Of a stretch of 64,000 nucleotides of DNA, positions 8,252 to 17,541 are shown in pieces. How positions within the stretch are numbered: the first letter of the stretch is position 1; the number at the start of each line of letters is the position of its first letter. The notes under the pieces are model-generated. The model worked only from the letters and a program-made list of their open reading frames with translations. It ran no database searches and was not told the DNA's origin. Position numbers and translations under genes: made by a program. Source of the stretch: Promethearchaeia archaeon (lineage in GTDB: Archaea > Asgardarchaeota > Lokiarchaeia > Sigyniarchaeales > SOKP01); contig JAHQWJ010000120.1 of assembly GCA_029856125.1 (NCBI GenBank), forward strand, positions 32,001-96,000, written 5' to 3'.

Positions 8252-9928
8252 ATGTTTACAGATGAAGAACTTGATAAAATTGAAAATAAGAGGAAAGAGT
8301 GGGAAGAACAAACCTTAAATAAGTTTACTGAAAGAGGAGAGAGGAAAGATAGCTACGAATCTCCTTCAGGAATTCCTTTGAAACCTGTATATGGACCTGA
8401 AGATATCCAGAATCTTAATTATTTAGAGGATCTTGGATTTCCTGGAACTCCACCTTTTACGAGGGGGGTGTATCCAAATATGTATCGTGGTCGTATCTGG
8501 ACTATGCGACAATATGGGGGGTTTGCAGATGCTACTAAAACAAATGAGCGATTTAAATATTTAATATCACAAGGTCAAAAAGGGCTTTCAATTGCATTTG
8601 ATTTACCAACTCAGATGGGGTACAACAGTAATCATAATATTTGCTTAGGGGAAGTAGGAAGAGTTGGTGTAACTGTTAATTCATTGAGAGATTTTGAACA
8701 AGTATTTGAGGGAATTCCTTTGGATAAGGTTTCAACCAGTATGACTATAAATGCTCCTACATCAGTATTATTAGCAATGTATATTGCCGTAGGTGAGAAA
8801 CAAGGAGTAAATCCAGAAAAATTGACTGGTACTGTTCAAAACGATATTCTAAAGGAATATGTTGCTAGAGGAACTTATATTTTTCCTCCAAAACCTTCTT
8901 TAAGATTAGTGGCAGATGTAATTGAATATTGTTCAAAAAATTTACCCCGTTTTAATACAATTAGTATCAGTGGGTATCATATGCGCGAGGCAGGCTGTAA
9001 CGCTATCCATGAAATTGCGTTCACTCTAGCGGATGGAATCGCCTATGTTGAAGAAGTCCTTAATAGAGGAGTGGACATTGATGATTTTGCAACACGATTA
9101 TCTTTCTTTTTTACTACTCATAACAACTTTTTTGAAGAAATTGCTAAGTTGAGAGCAGCTAGGAAGCTTTGGGCAAAAATTATGAAAGAACGGTTTCACG
9201 CTAAGAATCCAAATTCTTTAAGACTGCGATTTCACACACAGACGGCTGGAGTTACACTAACAGCTCAACAACCTAATGTTAACATTGTAAGAGTAGCTCT
9301 TCAAGCACTTGCAGCAATATTAGGTGGGACGCAATCACTCCATACTTGTGGTGCGGATGAAGCTTTAGCTATCCCAACGGAAGATTCTGTAAGGTTATCG
9401 TTACGAACTCAACAGGTACTAGCGTATGAATCGGGGGTCACTGATGTTGTAGACCCTCTCGGAGGATCGTATTACATCGAGTATCTTACTTCACAGCTGG
9501 AAAAAAAAGCCTTAGAATATATTGAAAAAATAGATAAGATGGGTGGTATAACTAAAGCAATTGAAACGGCTTTTATCCAACGAGAAATCCAAAATAATGC
9601 TTACAACGACCAAATAAAAATTGAAAATGGTGATAACACTATTATTGGTGTAAATTCATATTGTACTGATGAAGAATGTAAAATTGATACGTTTAAACAT
9701 GATAAAGGCGAAGAAGAAAGGATTATTAAGAGTTTATTCAAGCTAAAAACAGAACGAAACGAAGAATCTGTTAAAGCAAAATTAACGAAACTAAAACAAG
9801 TTGCATTGAGTGGTGATAATATTATGCCGGTAATGATCGAAACAGTGAAAATTTATGCCACAATTCAGGAAATTTGTGATGTGTTAAGAGAAGTATTCGG
9901 AGTATATGATAGTCCTCAAGTGTTTTAA
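8252..9928 (+). CDS. mcmA: Methylmalonyl-CoA mutase-family large (substrate-binding) subunit
   Basis: PFTRGVYPNMY, WTMRQYGGF, LSIAFDLPTQMGY, STSMTIN, GTVQNDILKEY, SISGYHMREAG, RLSFFF, GGTQSLHT, DPLGGSYYIE; no B12-binding DxHxxG domain. Confidence 0.93.
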   Translation: MFTDEELDKIENKRKEWEEQTLNKFTERGERKDSYESPSGIPLKPVYGPEDIQNLNYLEDLGFPGTPPFTRGVYPNMYRGRIWTMRQYGGFADATKTNERFKYLISQGQKGLSIAFDLPTQMGYNSNHNICLGEVGRVGVTVNSLRDFEQVFEGIPLDKVSTSMTINAPTSVLLAMYIAVGEKQGVNPEKLTGTVQNDILKEYVARGTYIFPPKPSLRLVADVIEYCSKNLPRFNTISISGYHMREAGCNAIHEIAFTLADGIAYVEEVLNRGVDIDDFATRLSFFFTTHNNFFEEIAKLRAARKLWAKIMKERFHAKNPNSLRLRFHTQTAGVTLTAQQPNVNIVRVALQALAAILGGTQSLHTCGADEALAIPTEDSVRLSLRTQQVLAYESGVTDVVDPLGGSYYIEYLTSQLEKKALEYIEKIDKMGGITKAIETAFIQREIQNNAYNDQIKIENGDNTIIGVNSYCTDEECKIDTFKHDKGEEERIIKSLFKLKTERNEESVKAKLTKLKQVALSGDNIMPVMIETVKIYATIQEICDVLREVFGVYDSPQVF

Positions 9929-10037
9929 TCCATAAGTCATAGTATAATAGAGTTTTCTTACAAAAATGTAAAAACTTATATTTCTAATTATAATATATTT
10001 TAGTACATCCAATTTTAAAGTAAGGGTGAAAATTGCA

Positions 10038-10346
10038 ATGTTGTTTATTATATATTATGAATTAGATTCTAATTTAGATCCAGCAGATATGCTCACTGCT
10101 TATCAAAAAATCCAAGAAGCTGAAGTGGAATTTGAAAAATGGGAAACAAAAGGCTGGTACATAACTCCAGAAGATTGGGGTGTCGCTATAGTAGAATGCG
10201 ATAGCGTGGATGATATGATGAAAAACTCATATCAATGGAAATTAGCACTACCAGGTTTTTTTACAAAATATAATGTCTCCCCCGTTGCAGAAGTAGAGCA
10301 AGCAGTTCCAGTGCTGGCCAAAATGATGAGAAAATTTAAAAAATAA
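10038..10346 (+). CDS. DUF3303-like small ferredoxin-fold protein
   Basis: MLFIIYYEL...GWY......GVAIVECDS...W......VSPV pattern; ATG at 10038 (alternative GTG at 10026). Confidence 0.6.
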   Translation: MLFIIYYELDSNLDPADMLTAYQKIQEAEVEFEKWETKGWYITPEDWGVAIVECDSVDDMMKNSYQWKLALPGFFTKYNVSPVAEVEQAVPVLAKMMRKFKK

Positions 10347-10371
10347 ATAATTTCAGAGATAAAAATATTTG

Positions 10372-10418
10372 TGAGTTTTTAGAACTCAGCTGAAAAGTAT
10401 TTTTTCTCCTTTTTTTTC
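10372..10418. terminator. Hairpin plus T-tract between convergent genes; candidate terminator
   Basis: TGAGTT-tttag-AACTCA stem, an outer TTTCAG (10351-10356)/CTGAAA pair, then ttttttctccttttttttc. Confidence 0.4.
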
Positions 10419-10438
10419 TATATTGGTCCTCAAATGAT

Positions 10439-11866
10439 TTAAGATTTCTTTTTATAATATTCTGATATTTTTGGTAATAACGCCAGAAATTCTTGTGGAT
10501 CTCCAAAAATGGGGATTTTTTTTTCTTTAACTTTTGTGAGAAACTTGCTAACTGCTTTCGGACGAGTAAGATGTTGCGTAATTAAAATTAGTGGTTTGCT
10601 GTGTTTATGTCCAAGAGCTAGACTCTCAAAAACAGTATTGAAAAATTTCTTACTATCTTTTATCCTAGGAGGTAAGGTGAGATAAAATCCTGGTAAATCC
10701 ATAACGAGTCCATCAATGATCTTATCTGACAATACTATATCAATAACTTCTTTAACGATCTTAATAGCAAAAAATTGAGCTGCAAAATCGAGTGGGTTAT
10801 TAGGACTAGTACCAGCCATAAAAAACTTCTTTGAAATCTCACGTTGTATTTCAGGGGAAAACGGAGGGACTCCCAAGCCTACTTTTTCAATTAAATCGGC
10901 TAAAACTACCCCATAACCTCCAGAAATACTTATTAAGGCTAAATTTCGTAGCTTAAAACTACCATAACAATCAATTAAACGAGCTGTATGAAGTAATTGT
11001 TCTAAAGAGTCAACTTCGATAATATTATATTGGAGAAAGAAATTTTTCCATATTTTGTTATTACCTGATATTGAAGCTGTGTGAGTTTTAGCTGCAACTG
11101 CTCCGCTTTCACTCTTTCCGCCTTTTAGAACTATTATCGGTTTGGTGTTATTCTTAAGAATTGCTTTTAGAGTATCTATCCGCCCTTCTTTAATTCCTTC
11201 GAGATAACATAGAATAATTTCTGTTTCTGGATCATGTATTAAAAAAGAGAGAAGGTCAACAAAATCTAGATCAGCTCCATTTCCAAAGGAAAAAACTTTT
11301 GAAAAATGAATACCTAATTCAAGGGAGGAATAGATAGCAATGTTGCATATTCCTCCAGATTGAGCAATAAATCCAACATTTCCCCGATCTGATGGGAACC
11401 CTGGACGCCAAGCGACCCCTATCTTAGGATAAAATAGCCCTAATCCATTTGGTCCTAAAAATCTTACTTTATTTTGGGCTCTTTTCAACAGTTCTTTTTC
11501 TAATTCAACACCCTTTTCTGTTCCAGCATCTGAAAACTCTGAAGTAAAAACCGTAACCAATTTTACCCCTTTTTCTACGCACTCGTCCATCACTTCCAAT
11601 ACTTTATTTGCTGGAATTGCGATAAATGCGAAATCTATTGCTTCTGGGATATCGAGGATGGAAGTGTAAATATTTTCTTTTGGAAAATTAGGTATCTCTT
11701 CAGCACTAGGATGTACAGCGTAGATATTTCCTTTAAACATGTATTGGTGATTTCTTAAAAAGAAATAATCTCTCTTTTTTGAGGCTCCAATGACAGCAAT
11801 AGATCTAATATTATTAATAAAAGATACATCTTTTAAATCGATGTCCTTATTCTCTACGGTCTCCAT
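10439..11866 (-). CDS. NDP-forming acyl-CoA synthetase alpha-subunit-like protein
   Basis: SIAVIGAS CoA-binding motif, GPNGLG, QSGG, SFGNGAD, YLEG, phospho-His motif AAKTHTAS, SGGYGV..AD, NPLD; no ATP-grasp domain. Confidence 0.88.
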   Translation of the reverse strand: METVENKDIDLKDVSFINNIRSIAVIGASKKRDYFFLRNHQYMFKGNIYAVHPSAEEIPNFPKENIYTSILDIPEAIDFAFIAIPANKVLEVMDECVEKGVKLVTVFTSEFSDAGTEKGVELEKELLKRAQNKVRFLGPNGLGLFYPKIGVAWRPGFPSDRGNVGFIAQSGGICNIAIYSSLELGIHFSKVFSFGNGADLDFVDLLSFLIHDPETEIILCYLEGIKEGRIDTLKAILKNNTKPIIVLKGGKSESGAVAAKTHTASISGNNKIWKNFFLQYNIIEVDSLEQLLHTARLIDCYGSFKLRNLALISISGGYGVVLADLIEKVGLGVPPFSPEIQREISKKFFMAGTSPNNPLDFAAQFFAIKIVKEVIDIVLSDKIIDGLVMDLPGFYLTLPPRIKDSKKFFNTVFESLALGHKHSKPLILITQHLTRPKAVSKFLTKVKEKKIPIFGDPQEFLALLPKISEYYKKKS

Positions 11867-11941
11867 TATTATTTTAAAATTAAAGATGAGATTAATAGTT
11901 TATAAAAAAATGAAATGTTAAATAGAAAAAAGAACTTAAGT

Positions 11942-12652
11942 CTAGCTTCTGAAAATTTCATTCAGTAGTTTCTGGATAAAATCGTCAAATTTTTCCTGTT
12001 GATATTCTACCCCTAAAAAAGGTTTTATCAGTAGTGGAATCTCGGAGGGATTTACAAATACTGGCAGAAGTCTAATTCTTTCTTCTTGACTTAATTGTAT
12101 TGCCGCTCCCCTCTCTAATTTAACTGATTTTGAATCTCTAGAATGTTGAGAACAAAATAATATAAAGACTTTTGATTTTTCCAAATTATCCTCCATATAT
12201 TCTATAATATTTTGACCGCTATCTTTTTCCCAGTAGTAGACATTAGTTATTTCTGGATGAGCTTCTAATTTTTTGGCAATCTCTTTAATTCTATAGAAAT
12301 CTGTATCTACAGTTGAATAACTCAGAAAGATATTAAAATCAAGTTTAGTTCCTGTTACTGCAGCTTTTACGATTCGAGCGAATTGCTGTATTCGAACGGT
12401 AGCTTCTTCTAATGCTTGTTGATTTCCAGTTTTTAAGAATTCACCTAGTTTTCCTAATACTTTTTCCATCAATTTTGCTTCTTCGATCAATACACGATTA
12501 CTACTAGCTTTACACGCATATATCACATCGACCAACCAAAATAATTGGTCTCGAAAAAGTCTCGCCTGAGGTCTTGATTGTAATAATTTCGAAATTTTTT
12601 CCATTGATTCGTCCATTTGATATGAGTTCTTTTCCATAATTAATGATTGCAC
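11942..12652 (-). CDS. TIR-domain protein with N-terminal helical domain
   Basis: C-terminal FNIFLSYS..D, FILFCSQHSRDSKSVKLE (conserved Glu), LLPVF...IP.L; start codon uncertain. Confidence 0.85.
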   Translation of the reverse strand: MQSLIMEKNSYQMDESMEKISKLLQSRPQARLFRDQLFWLVDVIYACKASSNRVLIEEAKLMEKVLGKLGEFLKTGNQQALEEATVRIQQFARIVKAAVTGTKLDFNIFLSYSTVDTDFYRIKEIAKKLEAHPEITNVYYWEKDSGQNIIEYMEDNLEKSKVFILFCSQHSRDSKSVKLERGAAIQLSQEERIRLLPVFVNPSEIPLLIKPFLGVEYQQEKFDDFIQKLLNEIFRS

Positions 12653-12744
12653 TTCATCGTTTGAAGAGATCAGAAATCTTGATACACGTAGAAAATGTAC
12701 ATTTAATATTATAAGGTTGATTATTCAATGATAGTTTTAAATTT

Positions 12745-13743
12745 TTGTTCGAATCAAGGAGTGATAATGGTTTGGAAACATGGAAGGAACAATTTACCTA
12801 TGATCCATTGATTCCTCTTATTTCGAGTAAAAATGGAGCGGTAACATATTTTACTAAACGAGATCTTTTGGAAGAAGTAGTCAAACCAATCAAAACGCTT
12901 TGGACATTACCTCCTGCTATCAAAATTATTAATAAACAACAAGAAGAAGGATATTGGAGATATTCCGCATGGAAAACTAAATTAAATGAGCCAGAAAATT
13001 ATAACCTGCTTGAAACATACAGACAATTAGGATTTCTGGTGGAAAAATACGGTTTTACCAAAGATCACAATACTATTAAAAAAGCTGCTGAGTATATTTT
13101 TTCTTGCCAAACGGATGAAGGAGATATTAGGGGATTTTATGGCACTCAATACAGCCCTAATTATACCGCAGCAACAACTGAATTGTTAATTAAAGCCGGA
13201 TATGGTAATGACCACCGCGTTAAAAAGATAATTGAATGGTTATTATCCATGCGACAAGAAGATGGGGGATGGGCCATTGCAATGAGAACGAATAACGCTA
13301 AATATCTTGATGTCGTTAAAAATCCTAATGCGTTTGAACTTAATAGAAAAAAACCTTTTTCTCATATGGTAACAGGTATAGTACTTCGAGCTTTCGCTGC
13401 CCATTCAAAATATAGAAATATTGAAACGGTGAAAGTAGCGGGTAATCTTCTATCTTCGCGGTTCTTTAAATCCGATAAATACGCCGATCGTAGAAATGTG
13501 GAATATTGGATGAAAGTATCGTTCCCATTTTGGTGGACTGATGTCGTTTCTTCGCTTGATTCTCTCTCCTATCTTGGTTTCACTATATCTCATCCACAGA
13601 TAAAAATAGCACTTGAGACATTGAGAGATAAGCAATCAGAGAGCGGAATGTGGGACATGAAATTATTAAAAACTAAAGATCAAGATCTCTCTTTATGGAT
13701 AAATTTGGCAATCTGTCGAATATTTAAGCGATTCTATTCTTGA
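12745..13743 (+). CDS. Prenyltransferase/squalene-oxidase-repeat (alpha/alpha toroid) protein
   Basis: Repeated QxxxGxW motifs: QQEEGYW, QTDEGDI, RQEDGGW, QSESGMW. Confidence 0.75.
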   Translation: MFESRSDNGLETWKEQFTYDPLIPLISSKNGAVTYFTKRDLLEEVVKPIKTLWTLPPAIKIINKQQEEGYWRYSAWKTKLNEPENYNLLETYRQLGFLVEKYGFTKDHNTIKKAAEYIFSCQTDEGDIRGFYGTQYSPNYTAATTELLIKAGYGNDHRVKKIIEWLLSMRQEDGGWAIAMRTNNAKYLDVVKNPNAFELNRKKPFSHMVTGIVLRAFAAHSKYRNIETVKVAGNLLSSRFFKSDKYADRRNVEYWMKVSFPFWWTDVVSSLDSLSYLGFTISHPQIKIALETLRDKQSESGMWDMKLLKTKDQDLSLWINLAICRIFKRFYS

Positions 13744-13756
13744 TTAGATTAAGCTA

Positions 13757-15109
13757 TTAATCTACTTTTTCTGCCATGTAAGGTTTTAACGCTTTAATTG
13801 CAATAGCGTAAAGTGGAATCACGGAGAGTTCGATAAAAATCGAAATCACGAAAGGAGCAAATGTGCCTATACTTTCATAAGCTAATCCTCCTATTATAGG
13901 TCCCAAAACCGCACCTAATAAGCTCAACCACTGTGCAGCTCCAAAAATCTTTCCACGATGAATTTTTGATATACGACTGAGAATATTCTGTAAAATTAAG
14001 TTACCCCCCCAGGCAAAAGTCGAATCGAAGAGTAGAAGGATACCAAACATATAACCTGATGTCGAGTTAATTATTAACCCCGTTACTAAAGCACCTAAAC
14101 CGCTCACAAAAACCATCCCTAGTACAGGATTAATTTTGTCAGCAATTTTACCTAATTTTGGTGCTAATAATAATGAAATAATTTGACTTGGAAAATAGAT
14201 TAGCATAACAAGAGTGGGATCTAGGATGTTTAATTCATCGTTTAAATAACCTTGAAAGAAAGGAAATGCTAATGATTGATTAAAATTGCTGGTCATAAAA
14301 GCAATGACTAAAACACTGAAACCGATAAAAAATCCAATTGCTAAATTATTTCTTGATTCTAAAGGTGCCTCAGATATGACTGGTTCTTTGGATACAACAC
14401 TCGTTTCTACTGATGATGGAAATAAATTAAAAATATGCTTGTCAAATGTTAAATTCTCATCTACTTTGAAATGAAATATAAAACCTCCCAATACGTTAGA
14501 TAGAGCGAATAAAAGTAGTGGGGAGTAGACCAAAAAGAGATTCTCAGGTACAAAAATATTAGAAAAGCTAAAAATCGTAATACTAATAATTGATCCAACT
14601 AAATTTCCTTTTCCTATCATTCCTCCACGTTTTCCAAAAGCAAACGAACGGTTAGTTTTATTTGATTTCTCGGAAATTAATGTATCTAGTGGAGTCCAAA
14701 AAAAACCAACAAAAAATCCTAAAATAAACATACCAGCAGTAAACAACAATAAAGACGATAGAAGAATTCCTATATACATTAGAATATAGCAAGCTGCACG
14801 CCCAAAACTTCCAATTAGGATTAATAATTTCCTTGAAACGCGGTCAGTCAAATAACCTACAAGAGGAGCACTAAGTAAACCCCCGATCATTTGTATTGAA
14901 AAAGCAAAGCCTAATTCCGTTGGTGAAGCTTCCAATAATTGATTTATGACGTGAGGGATCAAAAATGAAAAGAAGAAGAACCCCATACTATTCCAAAAGA
15001 TAATTCTTATCATTGGTATAAAATCTGGAGTCATTTTCACATCATTTTCACCCTCTTGTCCATTAGCCTTGAAGCTATCTAATTCTTGCTCCTTGGGGGT
15101 GCTAATCAT
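13757..15109 (-). CDS. MFS transporter
   Basis: About 12 TM segments; motif A GYLTDRVSRK and GKIADKIN. Confidence 0.9.
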   Translation of the reverse strand: MISTPKEQELDSFKANGQEGENDVKMTPDFIPMIRIIFWNSMGFFFFSFLIPHVINQLLEASPTELGFAFSIQMIGGLLSAPLVGYLTDRVSRKLLILIGSFGRAACYILMYIGILLSSLLLFTAGMFILGFFVGFFWTPLDTLISEKSNKTNRSFAFGKRGGMIGKGNLVGSIISITIFSFSNIFVPENLFLVYSPLLLFALSNVLGGFIFHFKVDENLTFDKHIFNLFPSSVETSVVSKEPVISEAPLESRNNLAIGFFIGFSVLVIAFMTSNFNQSLAFPFFQGYLNDELNILDPTLVMLIYFPSQIISLLLAPKLGKIADKINPVLGMVFVSGLGALVTGLIINSTSGYMFGILLLFDSTFAWGGNLILQNILSRISKIHRGKIFGAAQWLSLLGAVLGPIIGGLAYESIGTFAPFVISIFIELSVIPLYAIAIKALKPYMAEKVD

Positions 15110-15295
15110 ATCAGAACGATTTTTAGCGTCAGGATTTTTTGACAGTTAATAAAACACCTTTTTGCACAATTATACTAGAAAAAGAGCCATATCCTAAATA
15201 GTTCATCATTTCAGCACAAATTAGTATCTTATCGATTATAGGGAATAACCTTTTTTTTATAGAAATACTATACTAATTTTATTACAATTTGATTT

Positions 15296-16315
15296 ATGAA
15301 AAAAAAAGTGAAAATTCAAATGTTAACTCCAGAACACATTAAAGAAATCTTAAATGATTATACAGTAAATCTTAGATTCCATGCCCGCGGAGGACAAGGA
15401 GGTGTAACCGCTTCAAATCTCTGCGTGGAAGCTTTCTATGGTTACGGCGTGTGCCAACCTAGGTTTGGTGCGGAACGTATGGGAAGTCCAACTGAAAGTT
15501 ACGTTCGACTCTCTGCGAATGCTGATCTTGTTAGATCAAACGAACAAGTGTATGCTCCTCACTTTGTTTCTGTTTTAGATCCCTCTTTATTAACAGAAGT
15601 AGATGTGGTGGCAGGTATCCCAAAAGGAGGCTGGTTAATTGTCAATACAGAGATGGATCAATTAACAATTCAAGATACCGTCAAGCGGAAAGACATAAAT
15701 ATTGCAACAATAGATGCAACTCGAATCGCTCTTGATGTTTTAGGAAGAAATATTACCAACACTATTATATTGGGAGCTTTAATTCGTGTGTCTCATCTCT
15801 TTACGCTTGAAGAATTATCTGACGCTATAATGAAGCGATTTAAAGGAGAAATAGCTGGAAAAAATATTCAGGCAATTAAACAGGCAATTGAAGAAACATG
15901 CATTTATGACATGGGGATCGAGCCAGATTTCACCGTGGACAGTAAAGTACCATGGCAACAAGTATCTTTAGGGTTGCCAGGATACAAAGATTTAGATAAA
16001 GCTGGTGTTTGGTATTGCGATGAAGATGTAATCCCTGTTGGAAGCGATCAAGTAAATACTGGGTCGTGGGGTGAATGGGAAATACTATGGGACGAAGAAA
16101 CTTGTACTAATTGCGCGCAGTGCTGGTTTATATGTCCTGATTTTGCCATTCTTAGAAAATTAGGTGATGACGGTAAATACCATATGGTTGGTATCGATGT
16201 GTTTCACTGTAAAGCTTGTCAAAATTGTCTTAATATTTGTCCCGTTCAAGCCATAAGTAAACGAGCAAAACAGGGTCCTGCTGCTTGTGCATCACCAGAA
16301 GAAGGAGGTAATTAA
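15296..16315 (+). CDS. porC: 2-oxoacid:ferredoxin oxidoreductase fused gamma+delta subunit
   Basis: RFHARGGQGGVTAS, FGAERMGSP, N..ILGA (gamma); NTGSW, CTNCAQCWFICPD and CKACQNCLNICP two-[4Fe-4S] domain (delta). Confidence 0.92.
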   Translation: MKKKVKIQMLTPEHIKEILNDYTVNLRFHARGGQGGVTASNLCVEAFYGYGVCQPRFGAERMGSPTESYVRLSANADLVRSNEQVYAPHFVSVLDPSLLTEVDVVAGIPKGGWLIVNTEMDQLTIQDTVKRKDINIATIDATRIALDVLGRNITNTIILGALIRVSHLFTLEELSDAIMKRFKGEIAGKNIQAIKQAIEETCIYDMGIEPDFTVDSKVPWQQVSLGLPGYKDLDKAGVWYCDEDVIPVGSDQVNTGSWGEWEILWDEETCTNCAQCWFICPDFAILRKLGDDGKYHMVGIDVFHCKACQNCLNICPVQAISKRAKQGPAACASPEEGGN

Positions 16316-16316
16316 A

Positions 16317-17540
16317 ATGTCAATAGAACCAATGAAATTATTTTTTAAGGAAATTAAAGAACCAATTGAAACTGCTATGATTGGTAATTACGCCGTAGCA
16401 GGGGGTGTCACTCAGACAGATCCCGATGTGGTATGTGCATTCCCGATTACGCCTCAAACACAATCTGTTGAGGGGCTATCCGATGTGGTTCATCAAGGAA
16501 GGTTGAAAGCAGCCTTCGTTAATGTCGAATCTGAATTAGCCGCTATTAGTTACTCAACCGCAGCTTGTGCAGCTGGTGCTAGAACTTTTACAGCAACTGC
16601 GTCTCAAGGCTATTTACTAATGTCGGAAGCTTTACCTATGGCTGTAGGGTGGCGAGTTCCCTTAACAATGATGATCTCCGCCCGAGCTTTCAACGCTCCA
16701 AATCTATCCATTTGGAATAGTTGGGAATTTGTTATTACTGATTATGGGTGGAATTGTATTGTTTCAGAAAATGTTCAAGAGACTTATGATGCTGCAATTT
16801 TGTCAGTCATGATGTCTGACAACTCGTTATTTCCAACTATGTTTGTACACGATGGTTTTATAATTTCTCATTCAGTTCAAAAACTATGGTTAATTCCCGA
16901 TGAGGTTGTACGTAAATTAACGCCAAGGAAACCTCGTCATACAATCACAACTGAGCGTCCAGGAGTCTGGGGTGGAATAGTTACGCCAGGATTTTTCATG
17001 GAAGGAAGAATGGGATTAGATATAGCTAAAAAATCAGTATTAGATGTAATGAAAAATTCTTTTGATGAATTCGGAAAAGCAACCGGTCGCCATTATAAAT
17101 TAATTGAGACCTATAACTTGGATAACTCCTCAAAGACAGCGTTTATTACGATGGGGTCAATGTGTGGAAACATTATTAGCTGGATGACGAAAAATAAAGA
17201 TATAGGATTAATCAAAATCAGAGTGTACAGACCTTTCCCTTACGAAGAGTTACAAAAGATTGTCCAAGAGCATAATATTGAAAAACTAATCATCTTAGAG
17301 AAATCAGATGCATTAAATAATCTTCTACCGCCATTTTCCACCTCAATAGCAACGGCGTTGTATCCGCTTAAAACGCTATTTAGATGTTTTATTGTAGGTT
17401 TAGGGGGAAGAGATGTTACTCGAGACGAATTTTCAGTCGCTAAGAAGAAAATGGAGTCTGTTACCAACATGAAAGGACAACTCTATACGTATCTAGGTGT
17501 TAGAGAAACTAAGGATAAAATACACGAGGTGAATATATAA
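16317..17540 (+). CDS. porA: 2-oxoacid:ferredoxin oxidoreductase alpha subunit
   Basis: AFPITPQT, VESELAA, RTFTATASQG, DGFIISH, RVYRPFP, GLGGRD; ATG at 16317 preceded by GGAGG. Confidence 0.93.
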   Translation: MSIEPMKLFFKEIKEPIETAMIGNYAVAGGVTQTDPDVVCAFPITPQTQSVEGLSDVVHQGRLKAAFVNVESELAAISYSTAACAAGARTFTATASQGYLLMSEALPMAVGWRVPLTMMISARAFNAPNLSIWNSWEFVITDYGWNCIVSENVQETYDAAILSVMMSDNSLFPTMFVHDGFIISHSVQKLWLIPDEVVRKLTPRKPRHTITTERPGVWGGIVTPGFFMEGRMGLDIAKKSVLDVMKNSFDEFGKATGRHYKLIETYNLDNSSKTAFITMGSMCGNIISWMTKNKDIGLIKIRVYRPFPYEELQKIVQEHNIEKLIILEKSDALNNLLPPFSTSIATALYPLKTLFRCFIVGLGGRDVTRDEFSVAKKKMESVTNMKGQLYTYLGVRETKDKIHEVNI

Positions 17541-17541
17541 A

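Noticed and set aside
16287-16316. ORF-track GTG start for porA overlapping porC
   Set aside because: ATG at 16317 follows a GGAGG RBS and lies 1 nt after the upstream stop, so it is the better start
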